Positions 10,301-20,860 of a stretch of 37,320 bases of DNA are shown here, in pieces (the first letter of the stretch is position 1; each line of letters begins with the position of its first letter). Source of the DNA: Macrostomum lignano (taxonomy: Eukaryota); contig NIVC01003862.1 in NCBI GenBank assembly GCA_002269645.1, positions 1-37,320 of the forward strand. Reading direction: 5' to 3'. Under the pieces are notes generated by a model. It was not told the DNA's origin. It made no database searches and saw only the letters and a list, made by a program, of their open reading frames with translations. The position numbers were made by a program, and so were the translations under genes.

Positions 10301-11097
10301 GTGACAATCAATCAGCGTTGAAGGCAATTCTGCGTCGATCGTCAGACGTGTACACTCTCTGTGCCTTGGGTAGTTGGCTTTCATGGCTGTCAATTTCGTG
10401 CACGACCACCCCCCCCCCCAAAATAAATTAAAAATAAAAGGCTTAGCAGGTAAAATTCGTATCAAACTGCATTACCATTCGCTGCCTCTTTGCTTCCAAT
10501 TCTTCGCTGTCGCAGCCCAGCTCTTCCCGAATTGAGTCGCCGGGTTTCTGCCTGGCAACCATCGCTGACAGGCTGTTCTCGCGTCTGTAAGCCGAAGATC
10601 GCCTCCGTCGCAGAGAGCAGGAGAGCTGGCGCTCCTGAATCAGGTAGCCAAGCCGCGCCCGCTGCAGGCTGTCGCTCAGCGGCGTACCGCCGCCTGCGGA
10701 CGACGACAGGGAAGCCGTCAGAGAGGCCTGCCGCTGAAGCAGGTAGGCCTGGACTAAATTATCCCCAGACGACTGTCGAGAGTTGCTGCTCAGTTGAAGC
10801 CGAAGGTTCTCCAGGACACCGGCCCGGCTGACCGACTGGCGACTTGAGCGCCTGACGGTTGACATCTGCTGAGGCCTGTCATCCAGATCGACTGCATTGA
10901 GCGACTCGTCAAACGTGACGAGGCCAGCGAGGCGTCTGCAAGCGAATGGTCGCTAGCGAATTCAAATTAAGAAAACTTTGCGTACAACCAGAGGTATCAC
11001 CAGATTTTCATGAAATTCACCTGTTAAAGTTTCTACGATTTCCGTTGTCCTCAGCGCGTTGTTGGTCTGATTCATGTTTGCTGCTATAGTCGTCCAT
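4334..11097 (-). CDS. Cyclic nucleotide-binding domain-containing protein (CNBD2-like, two CNB domains), 14 coding exons, 733 aa
   Basis: Exons assembled by hand with consistent phases and GT-AG ends: 11097-11021, 10935-10476, 10153-10071, 9669-9468, 8334-8246, 8174-8101, 7419-7259, 6830-6760, 6673-6596, 6514-6454, 6032-5661, 5562-5535, 5251-5175, 4702-4334. Total 2202 nt with no internal stop. CNB-A: RVIVRQNDPAHAFYFITYG...GDSFGELAIVNRSQRQSTVVCKTDCDFLAID. CNB-B: WIYIVKSGSAQVL...GGVFGL...LCVVSNGAECLLLD. Confidence 0.88.
6124..6190 (-). mobile_element. 3' fragment of SINE family A (intronic)
   Basis: Near-identical to 7550-7612 (ATGGGCAG.TGTGCAACCGACAG.TCAGCCGCAGCTATTGCGCGGCGCATCTGAAGGC). Followed by a 10-bp duplication, ATCTGAAGGC x2. 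Confidence 0.8.
7536..7828 (-). mobile_element. tRNA-derived SINE family A with CORE-like central domain (intronic)
   Basis: Minus strand has an A-box-like TAGCCTAGTAGTT and a B-box GGTTCGATTCCC. These are followed by TGTGTCCTTGAGCAAGACACTTAAC...TCAGTT...CTGTAAAATGGG, which resembles the MIR/CORE-SINE core as I recall it. A second copy lies at 11615-11890. Confidence 0.85.
8671..9360 (+). repeat. 30-bp minisatellite (GACATCTCAGCAATTCCCCCAGCAAGCCTT), ~23 units, in CNBD intron 4
   Basis: Directly visible. The 10-aa periodic ORFs (PPASLDISAI) are artefacts of the repeat. Confidence 0.95.
9775..9985 (-). mobile_element. Second tRNA-derived SINE family (B), intronic
   Basis: Minus strand has A-box-like TGGTCTAGCG and B-box-like GGCTCGATTCC. 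Its 3' part (GCCAAC..CCCAAGGCACAG.GA.GTGTACA) is shared with 10290-10410. Confidence 0.6.
10290..10410 (-). mobile_element. 3' fragment of SINE family B
   Basis: About 60 bp similar to 9811-9870 (plus strand GTACACT..CTGTGCCTTGGG..GTTGGC...CA.GGC.GT.AATT..GCACGA). Boundaries are approximate. Confidence 0.5.
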
Positions 11098-11614
11098 TTC
11101 TTGCCGTCAAGGCCTCCCAGCGTTTGAATTAGGATGCGCGGAAAGCCCGGGTATTTCTCTAAGTCTATAGAGACTTCCCAGCCTTGTGAGTCTAGTGGAA
11201 ACTGGGAAACTCAAATTGGGCAGGACAGGACAGGATACTTTAACTTGTCCTAAATTCAGGTCCAACATCCTGCATCGCATATCGACTTCATCCTAACAAA
11301 AACTGTTTTCAGTTCAAGCTCTGCCAAGACAGATCCAAGCGGCTGACTCATAATATTTCAGCGATCGCCAAAACTTTGTGATGGAATGGGCGGATTTTTA
11401 AATTTTACGCGATTATATATGTAAAGCAATGCTCGCGCTCGTCTTAAACTTCATTGCAGATGAACAGAATGCATTTAAATTATTTAGCACTCAAAGGCTG
11501 TAGTTCTAAAAAAATTTATATTAGTAGACTCTGACTAGCAGCACATAGCTTTTTTACAGTTGTTACTTCAAGTAGCTTGCATAAAATCTTAATTGCCTAA
11601 AAGAATTGCTCTAA

Positions 11615-11890
11615 GTGTTGCAGCCTAGTGTTTAGAGCGTCGGACTCACGACTGAAAGGTCGGGGGTTCGATTCTCGACCCAATCAGGAACAATTTGTGT
11701 CCTTGAGCAAGAAACTTTACTCTGCATTGCTTCAGTTCATCCAGCTGTAAAATTGGTGCCAGCATTAGCTGGGGTAATTGTGGGTGTCTGCGCCCCCCCC
11801 CCCCCCAGTCCTTGGACTGAACAGCCGTACGCAGCTGCGGCTGAGCTGTCGCCGTTGCAAATCTGCCCATTGGAGCAGGTGTAATCAATT
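11615..11890 (+). mobile_element. SINE family A, second near full-length copy
   Basis: tRNA-like head (GCAGCCTAGTG...GGTTCGATTCTC), CORE-like block TGTGTCCTTGAGCAAGAAACTTTAC...CTGTAAAATTGG, and the same 3' tail as 7536-7620 apart from a short internal deletion between AGC repeats. Confidence 0.85.
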
Positions 11891-12538
11891 AATAATTATT
11901 TTCATTGCAGAAAATTTGTGGTTTTCAAACTTCGCAAACCCCCCTCCCCTGACCTTCAGTTGCATCGATCAGCTGCCATTTTCCTGCCGATTATTAGCCA
12001 CAATCTGCCTCAAGTCGGAGTTTTTACCTAAGACGGAAACCCAGTTGACTAAATTTGAAACGCTATGTATCAATCTTTCCAGACAGAATGTGCGATCTAA
12101 GAACCACAACTTCATTATGAGCTTTGACAGCCTCGAATGCATTTGATAGTTTTTTCTTGAAAAACATGTTAGTGCACCTCGGATAAACATACGCATGAAT
12201 GGACTTGCTGAATTTTGCAATTACTAAATCGAAAAGTTTATAGCTTGTACAATGATAATTCAAGCTTCCAATATCGCTAATAGAGTTTGAGGCGAAAAGC
12301 AGCGTAGAAAATTGCACGATATAGCCAGTGCAGCGTCCTTTTGTATTACTATTATGCATCTATTTATGACTGGGCACTATATGGCGTCAGGGATGTCATG
12401 AAGCCATGCAAGCATCAGCAGCCAATGAAATTCACGTGTTTTTTCAGGTATATTGTATTATCTCAGCAGGCAGATAAATGCCTGTTGAAATACACTCTGA
12501 TGCTGGAGTTTTCAACTGAAATCCAACACATCAGACTC

Positions 12539-13683
12539 ATGACCCGCTTTAGTTTACACCGACTGACTGCGTCTCTCATTCTCTGGCTTACTCTGCTGTC
12601 GGTAGCCAGAATTGTGCTCAACCCGGATGTACTTTTCCCTTCACACCGGCCGCTCTCCAACTCAAGCGGCGGTCCCAAGCTGCGCGATCGAGCACCCGTC
12701 AGCGCTCCGGCTCTGCCATGCGAGAACCGGCTGGTGTTCAAGGACTTGTCCTCAAATCTGAAGATTCCCAGAATCATTCACTTCACCGCCAAGAGCGAGT
12801 TCATGCTCAACAACTACAAGCGCTACCTGAAGCGGTGGTACGAAAGCTACTCTAACTTTACGTTCTACCTGTGGCGAGATGCAGACGCTCTGTGCCTTTT
12901 GCGACTTCACTATCCGGAGCTGCTTGAAGAGTTCGAGAGCGAGCTGCAGACACCGTTGGAGCGGTCAGACTTCATCCGAGCACTGGCGCTGTACCACTTC
13001 GGAGGACTGTACGTGGACATGGACACTCTCCCAGTCAGGAGCATGGAGCACCTGTTCGACAATCCGATGAGAGGCGCCATGGTCGCACAGGAGCCGGAAG
13101 AGCACGCCGTCTTCCTGTACAACTTGAAGTCGCTGGTGTCGAACGCCGTGATGTTCGGCATTCCAAGCACCCGTTTTATTACTACTACGTGTGCAAGATG
13201 CTCGCCAAGATCCGCAACCTCTCACCGAGTCCCAACCGCATGAGGACCAACTTCGAAGCCACTCACATCACGGGTCCGATTCTGATGAAGCAGGTGCACG
13301 AGAACTACACCCAGCTCGGTCTGTGCCCAGCCGAACAGGTCAACTGCTCAGTGCACCTGTTTAAGCCGGACGAATTCAGTCCGAACTACGACACGATCCA
13401 GAAGCGTCGCATCCAAAACATCTGCGTGCGGTACTTCAAGCTGCTCAATAGAGAACAGAGACGGCTCTGTAACAGTCTATTAGAGCGTCGGTTTATCCAC
13501 AGAAGGCTCAGTCTGCCGACGCTCGCAGTGCACGAATTTCAGCACTTAAGCGGGTACCGACGAAAGCCAAAATCTTTAGATGTGAAGAAGAATCAGAGCC
13601 AGGTGTTGGTCAGTGATTACTTTAATATATTGACGGTCATTCCGCCGATAAAATGGTACGATTCTACACAGAATCAGTGCTGA
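12539..13683 (+). pseudogene. Glycosyltransferase (DXD sugar-binding, GT32/SUR1-OCH1-like) copy 1, frameshifted (pseudogene or sequencing error)
   Basis: Near-identical to copy 2 from 12567 onward. One G is missing at 13164/13165 (TTCCAAGCAC vs TTCCGAAGCAC), which splits it into ORFs 12341..13243 and 13189..13683. It has its own N-terminus (MTRFSLHR); an alternative in-frame ATG lies at 12500. Confidence 0.85.
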
Positions 13684-14376
13684 TTTCCTAACTGTGATTC
13701 AATTAATCTTTCGTTCATTGCTTAGAAGAGGCAATTCTGAGTATGAGTACATTTGTAATCTAATGAAGTACTATATTTTCTTTTCTGTGAATGCAATAGT
13801 TTAATTGGTGTCTTGTGGCTGGTGTCTTCGAGTGGAACGGTCGTGAATTGCAAACAGGATGTCTCTAAACTGCCTCACTGCATATGCATGCTTCAGATAT
13901 CTTCTCATTTTTTATATTGATAGCGAATACAAAATGACAATCGTCCAAAATCTTCAGTCTTACTGGATTCCTTATTTGATACGTGCTTTTCTGCCTATCT
14001 TCAACTTTTTTCATTGAGACACTATTTGAGCTGCTGGACAATTTATTTTAATACCAATTTAGATAGAAAAAACTGTATTGATAATGAGAAACGCCTTCAC
14101 CCGTCTACACACCCGGCTAAATGCTCAGAGCAAAACTCATTTTCAGAGTTGTTTTTGAGTTCACCTGACAGCCTAGCAGGAGGCTTTATAATTCCGCAGA
14201 CAATTAGGCAAGCACACGTACTGTGTGAGCCGTCATGCTGGTCTGACTTTCTGAGTCTGTATATCTGAGTCTATCCCAGAATTCAAGCTATATAATTTAA
14301 TCTATCGTTTTCACGTTCAGAACTGAATTTATAGGTCTGGAAAATGTCTCCTTCATACACGTAAAAGTACTTGCAG

Positions 14377-14598
14377 TTGCAAGTGCTAGTGTTGTATTTT
14401 TTGCTTCCGTCCGTGTGGGCCGCAGACGGGGTGATCGGGGGTTCGGGGTCGGACTGCCCAGAGCTTGCCGGGTGTGATAGGCGAGAGAGTGGCGACCCCG
14501 AGGCGTACGGACACTTCGAGGTGGAAGTGGAGAGCCTGGGAGCGTACAGACACTCGTCCAGCATGGAATATTGTAGGAATACATGTCGACCCTTGTAG
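14377..14598 (+). CDS. Candidate exon of a small secreted Cys-containing protein (start codon and exon structure unresolved)
   Basis: Follows a TACTTGCAG acceptor. Has a hydrophobic signal-like stretch LQVLVLYFLLPSVWA, a strong GC3 bias in this frame, and Cys in CPELAGC and YCRNTC. No in-frame ATG in the exon. Confidence 0.4.
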   Translation: MQVLVLYFLLPSVWAADGVIGGSGSDCPELAGCDRRESGDPEAYGHFEVEVESLGAYRHSSSMEYCRNTCRPL

Positions 14599-14756
14599 TA
14601 CATAAACGAGTTGAAAATTGCTCATGCCTCTTAGCTGCATGGCGGTCCGAAGACGCAGCGTGGAGGCGAGCGTCGCCCATTCCGCAATGCTCATGCCTCA
14701 CGCTGCTCAAACTGCTTTTGAAGCGCCAGCTCGATGAAAATTCGATGAAGATCTGA

Positions 14757-15305
14757 GCCAGCACCAAGGGGCGCCAGCACCAAGGGGCGCCAGCACCAAG
14801 GGGCGCCAGCACCAAGGGGCGCCAGCACCAAGGGGCGCCAGCACCAAGGGGCGCCAGCACCAAGGGGCGCCAGCACCAAGGGGCGCCAGCACCAAGGGGC
14901 GCCAGCACCAAGGGGCGCCAGCACCAAGGGGCGCCAGCACCAAGGGGCGCCAGCACCAAGGGGCGCCAGCACCAAGGGGCGCCAGCACCAAGGGGCGCCA
15001 GCACCAAGGGGCGCCAGCACCAAGGGGCGCCAGCACCAAGGGGCGCCAGCACCAAGGGGCGCCAGCACCAAGGGGCGCCAGCACCAAGGGGCGCCAGCAC
15101 CAAGGGGCGCCAGCACCAAGGGGCGCCAGCACCAAGGGGCGCCAGCACCAAGGGGCGCCAGCACCAAGGGGCGCCAGCACCAAGGGGCGCCAGCACCAAG
15201 GGGCGCCAGCACCAAGGGGCGCCAGCACCAAGGGGCGCCAGCACCAAGGGGCGCCAGCACCAAGGGGCGCCAGCACCAAGGGGCGCCAGCACCAAGGGGC
15301 GCCAG
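14757..15305 (+). repeat. 16-bp GC-rich minisatellite GCCAGCACCAAGGGGC, 34 units
   Basis: Perfect head-to-tail units with no spacers. The 16-aa periodic ORFs are artefacts. Confidence 0.98.
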
Positions 15306-17263
15306 AGTAGGTGCTGAGGTGTGAAATCATTTTGTCAGCTTACTAGGGGAGGGGGCGTGTTGCGCCCCTCTGCCACTGTGGCTTACGCTTTAGTAAAATA
15401 TGTCTCCATAAAACTTTTCCTACTACTTGCATTTGTAGCACTTATAGTAGTACTTTAAGTTTACAATTTTTCAGTATAAAGGTTATCCAAACTGGAGGTG
15501 CTTGAAGCTGAAAATGTAATATGGAGAAAAAAGCCAGAATTTTTATAGCATTCTACCAACTCAATGTTTGATTAGTAAACAAGTCGTTATAAGGTGAACA
15601 AATGCATTGATCTGGTACATCTTGTGTACTGGATAATTGGCATGCAGTGGCACTGAGCAGGTGCCAAAAGTTCACCTCTAAATTGGCAATGATGAACGCA
15701 GGTTTACTGGCAGTAAGAACTGTAATTCAGTCCATTTACATGTAGACTAAATAATAAGAAAGGTGATTTCTACCCAGATTAAACACTAGCACAAAGGTTT
15801 TCTACACTTGCCTAGCTACCCTGCATGCAAGATACTGCAGGATGCCTACATTCTGGCATTAATTATTCAGTTGCTACAGGAGAGGGTAAACTCATACTCG
15901 CTGAGCGAGTATTTGGGCAGCAGGTCATACTGAGCAGCGGTGGGACACCCTACAGCAGACGGATCGACTCTGTAGAAAATTTCTTCTTGCTCTATCATCC
16001 GTGGATTCTGCATATATCCGGTAGAACCTATTTCTCATACTTGTACCAAAGCTGTCAACCGCAGGGTATTAAGGCAAGGACTACTACATTCGAAATTATA
16101 TCCTAAGTGCATGTTGTATGCCTAAAAATCATTAAAAATGGCACAACATTAAGATTCATTAGTTTTGTGAATCTATTTTTATTATTAGCTGTTACACATA
16201 TTTATACCGTAATGAAACTAAAAATCATAAAATCGATAATGACTACATGTACGGTGCAGTACCTGTAGGATTGTAGGCAGCATATAAAATTAACATAGGA
16301 TCCTAATTTCATAAATGAAAAGCTATAATAAAGACAATTGACATCAAAAGATGAACAATGAGTCTGTTTCCAATCAAAAGCGATAGCCAACATTTTTTGT
16401 ACTGAATTAAAAATAAAAAACCTCTTATCTTGATCCGTAAAGCTTTTTCGGTGAAACCTACCTCCTAAAATATTCCCAGAAACGTAGTTTTCCCTCAGAT
16501 TTGAGTAGTCCAATTGTTTAGCTAATTTTATATTTTTGCAGACGAAGGAGAAACTGTTAAAATTATGCATGTATATTTTTAGAAATTCCTGCTTGATTCC
16601 AATATTCTGATTTTATTTGCAAGACAATGGTTTTTAGCTTTTATGACAATGAGCATTGATTATCTATTTTTAACTCTTCATATTTATCTTATTGCTCAAT
16701 GGAAAAATAAATATTTAATTTCCAATTTTCAGTATTGCAAAGTTGAGAAAAAGGAAGTGGAACAAAGCAAAGGAAAAAAAACCTAGTTTTCTTGGAGAAC
16801 ATGTCTCCTCAGTGCACCAGAAAAGTACATAAGTGGCGAGGCGGATAAGCAATAAAAATGAGTTGAATTCTCAAGCAGTTTATCGCAGTAACCTATAAAT
16901 AATTTACTGCACGGCTGATCAACTATCCCGTAGAATGTGAACGACTTTTCAAGATCATTACTTGTCAGGCAAACTCATCTTTGACTTGGCTAATAAGATG
17001 AACTCTCACAAAAGTTGAATTGTAGCATTAAGCCTTCATGAATAAACCATCTGCCAAAACTGCAGTTCTCAAGCCAGTAAATGCCTGTTTTACTTCCTTA
17101 AATTATTTGATTTAACGTTGTTGCGTTTCAGCCCTTGAAAGGCACTACACTGAATGGTGCGCCAGAGCCAATGGAATTCAAGCCAGTGTTAGTTAAGCTT
17201 GGTTTAGCTTAGGTTAAATGTCTGTCAGATGCAAGCTATGCTCGCTGCTTGCCACTTAACGGA

Positions 17264-18427
17264 ATGAAACCGAGACGACTAACCTGCCTTATCGTTCAAC
17301 GCAGACTGGCTGCGTCTCTCATTCTCTGGCTTACTCTGCTGTCGGTAGCCAGAATTGTGCTCAACCCGGATGTACTTTTCCCTTCACACCGGCCGCTCTC
17401 CAACTCAAGCGGCGGTCCCAAGCTGCGCGATCGAGCACCCGTCAGCGCTCCGGCTCTGCCATGCGAGAACCGGCTGGTGTTCAAGGACTTGTCCTCAAAT
17501 CTGAAGATTCCCAGAATCATTCACTTCACCGCCAAGAGCGAGTTCATGCTCAACAACTACAAGCGCTACCTGAAGCGGTGGTACGAAAGCTACTCGAACT
17601 TTACGTTCTACCTGTGGCGAGACGCAGACGCTCTGTGCCTTTTGCGACTTCACTATCCGGAGCTGCTTGAAGAGTTCGAGAGCGAGCTGCAGACACCGTT
17701 GGAGCGGTCAGACTTCATCCGAGCACTGGCGCTGTACCACTTCGGAGGACTGTACGTGGACATGGACACTCTCCCAGTCAGGAGCATGGAGCACCTGTTC
17801 GACAATCCGATGAGAGGCGCCATGGTCGCACAGGAGCCGGAAGAGCACGCCGTCTTTCTGTACAACTTGAAGTCGCTGGTGTCGAACGCCGTGATGTTCG
17901 GCATTCCGAAGCACCCGTTTTATTACTACTACGTGTGCAAGATGCTCGCCAAGATCCGCAACCTCTCACCGAGTCCCAACCGCATGAGGACCAACTTCGA
18001 AGCCACTCACATCACGGGTCCGATTCTGATGAAGCAGGTGCACGAGAACTACACCCAGCTCGGTCTGTGCCCAGCCGAACAGGTCAACTGCTCAGTGCAC
18101 CTGTTTAAGCCGGACGAATTCAGTCCGAACTACGACACGATCCAGAAGCGTCGCATCCAAAACATCTGCGTGCGGTACTTCAAGCTGCTCAATAGAGAAC
18201 AGAGACGGCTCTGTAACAGTCTATTAGAGCGTCGGTTTATCCACAGAAGGCTCAGTCTGCCGACGCTCGCAGTGCACGAATTTCAGCACTTAAGCGGGTA
18301 CCGACGAAAGCCAAAATCTTTAGATGTGAAGAAGAATCAGAGCCAGGTGTTGGTCAGTGATTACTTTAATATATTGACGGTCATTCCGCCGATAAAATGG
18401 TACGATTCTACACAGAATCAGTGCTGA
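17264..18427 (+). CDS. Glycosyltransferase (DXD sugar-binding, GT32/SUR1-OCH1-like) copy 2, intact, intronless, type II membrane topology
   Basis: MKPRR + TM helix (LAASLILWLTLLSVARIVL), KIPRIIHFT, ERSDFIRALALYHFGGLYVDMD (DXD), SNAVMFGIPKHPF, TGPILM. Confidence 0.92.
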   Translation: MKPRRLTCLIVQRRLAASLILWLTLLSVARIVLNPDVLFPSHRPLSNSSGGPKLRDRAPVSAPALPCENRLVFKDLSSNLKIPRIIHFTAKSEFMLNNYKRYLKRWYESYSNFTFYLWRDADALCLLRLHYPELLEEFESELQTPLERSDFIRALALYHFGGLYVDMDTLPVRSMEHLFDNPMRGAMVAQEPEEHAVFLYNLKSLVSNAVMFGIPKHPFYYYYVCKMLAKIRNLSPSPNRMRTNFEATHITGPILMKQVHENYTQLGLCPAEQVNCSVHLFKPDEFSPNYDTIQKRRIQNICVRYFKLLNREQRRLCNSLLERRFIHRRLSLPTLAVHEFQHLSGYRRKPKSLDVKKNQSQVLVSDYFNILTVIPPIKWYDSTQNQC

Positions 18428-19120
18428 TTTCCTAACTGTGATTCAATTAATCTTTCGTTCATTGCTTAGAAGAGGCAATTCTGAGTATGAGTACATTTGT
18501 AATCTAATGAAGTACTATATTTTCTTTTCTGTGAATGCAATAGTTTAATTGGTGTCTTGTGGCTGGTGTCTTCGAGTGGAACGGTCGTGAATTGCAAACA
18601 GGATGTCTCTAAACTGCCTCACTGCATATGCATGCTTCAGATATCTTCTCATTTTTTATATTGATAGCGAATACAAAATGACAATCGTCCAAAATCTTCA
18701 GTCTTACTGGATTCCTTATTTGATACGTGCTTTTCTGCCTATCTTCAACTTTTTTCATTGAGACACTATTTGAGCTGCTGGACAATTTATTTTAATACCA
18801 ATTTAGATAGAAAAAACTGTATTGATAATGAGAAACGCCTTCACCCGTCTACACACCCGGCTAAATGCTCAGAGCAAAACTCATTTTCAGAGTTGTTTTT
18901 GAGTTCACCTGACAGCCTAGCAGGAGGCTTTATAATTCCGCAGACAATTAGGCAAGCACACGTACTGTGTGAGCCGTCATGCTGGTCTGACTTTCTGAGT
19001 CTGTATATCTGAGTCTATCCCAGAATTCAAGCTATATAATTTAATCTATCGTTTTCACGTTCAGAACTGAATTTATAGGTCTGGAAAATGTCTCCTTCAT
19101 ACACGTAAAAGTACTTGCAG

Positions 19121-19343
19121 TTGCAAGTGCTAGTGTTGTATTTTTTGCTTCCGTCCGTGTGGGCCGCAGACGGGGTGATCGGGGTTCGGGGGTCGGACTG
19201 CCCAGAGCTTGCCGGGTGTGATAGGCGAGAGAGTGGCGACCCCCGAGGCGTACGGACACTTCGAGGTGGAAGTGGAGAGCCTGGGAGCGTACAGACACTC
19301 GTCCAGCATGGAATATTGTAGGAATACATGTCGACCCTTGTAG
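19121..19343 (+). pseudogene. Second copy of the candidate small secreted-protein exon, frame-disrupted
   Basis: Same sequence as 14377-14598 except for G/C homopolymer length changes (G5/G4 swapped around TTC; C4 to C5), giving a net +1 frameshift. Confidence 0.35.
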
Positions 19344-19501
19344 TACATAAACGAGTTGAAAATTGCTCATGCCTCTTAGCTGCATGGCGGTCCGAAGACG
19401 CAGCGTGGAGGCGAGCGTCGCCCATTCCGCAATGCTCATGCCTCACGCTGCTCAAACTGCTTTTGAAGCGCCAGCTCGATGAAAATTCGATGAAGATCTG
19501 A

Positions 19502-19840
19502 GCCAGCACCAAGGGGCGCCAGCACCAAGGGGCGCCAGCACCAAGGGGCGCCAGCACCAAGGGGCGCCAGCACCAAGGGGCGCCAGCACCAAGGGGCGCC
19601 AGCACCAAGGGGCGCCAGCACCAAGGGGCGCCAGCACCAAGGGGCGCCAGCACCAAGGGCGCCAGCACCAAGGGGCGCCAGCACCAAGGGGCGCCAGCAC
19701 CAAGGGGCGCCAGCACCAAGGGCGCCAGCACCAAGGGGCGCCAGCACCAAGGGGCGCCAGCACCAAGGGGCGCCAGCACCAAGGGGCGCCAGCACCAAGG
19801 GGCGCCAGCACCAAGGGGCGCCAGCACCAAGGGGCGCCAG
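19502..19840 (+). repeat. 16-bp minisatellite, second copy, 21 units (two are 15-bp variants)
   Basis: Same unit as 14757-15305. 334 bp equals 21 x 16 minus 2. Confidence 0.98.
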
Positions 19841-20860
19841 AGTAGGTGCTGAGGTGTGAAATCATTTTGTCAGCTTACTAGGGGAGGGGGCGTGTTGCGC
19901 CCCTCTGCCACTGTGGCTTACGCTTTAGTAAAATATGTCTCCATAAAACTTTTCCTACTACTTGCATTTGTAGCACTTATAGTAGTACTTTAAGTTTACA
20001 ATTTTTCAGTATAAAGGTTATCCAAACTGGAGGTGCTTGAAGCTGAAAATGTAATATGGAGAAAAAAGCCAGAATTTTTATAGCATTCTACCAACTCAAT
20101 GTTTGATTAGTAAACAAGTCGTTATAAGGTGAACAAATGCATTGATCTGGTACATCTTGTGTACTGGATAATTGGCATGCAGTGGCACTGAGCAGGTGCC
20201 AAAAGTTCACCTCTAAATTGGCAATGATGAACGCAGGTTTACTGGCAGTAAGAACTGTAATTCAGTCCATTTACATGTAGACTAAATAATAAGAAAGGTG
20301 ATTTCTACCCAGATTAAACACTAGCACAAAGGTTTTCTACACTTGCCTAGCTACCCTGCATGCAAGATACTGCAGGATGCCTACATTCTGGCATTAATTA
20401 TTCAGTTGCTACAGGAGAGGGTAAACTCATACTCGCTGAGGGAATATTTGGGCAGCAGGTCATATTGAGCAGCGGTGGGACACCCTACAGCAGACGGATC
20501 GACTCTGTAGAAAATTTCTTCTTGCTCTATCATCCGTGGATTCTGCATATATCCGGTAGAACCTATTTCTCATACTTGTACCAAAGCTGTCAACCGCAGG
20601 GTATTAAGGCAAGGACTACTACATTCGAAATTATATCCTAAGTGCATGTTGTATGCCTAAAAATCATTAAAAATGGCACAACATTAAGATTCATTAGTTT
20701 TGTGAATCTATTTTTATTATTAGCTGTTACACATATTTATACCGCAATGAAACTAAAAATCATAAAATCGATAATGACTACATGTACGGTGCAGTACCTA
20801 TAGGATTGTAGGCAGCATATAAAATTAACATAGGATCCTAATTTCATAAATGAAAAGCTA

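Noticed and set aside
12341-12538. Extended N-terminus of ORF 12341..13243
   Set aside because: It starts at TTG, is AT-rich and has no counterpart in the coding region of copies 2 and 3. It is more likely 5' UTR.
14757-15305. CRISPR-like array
   Set aside because: Units are head-to-tail with no unique spacers, there are no cas genes, and the context is eukaryotic.
14297-15330. Long minus-strand ORFs VLAPLGAGAPWCWRPL (also 19027-19865)
   Set aside because: They are translations of the 16-bp VNTR, open in every frame.
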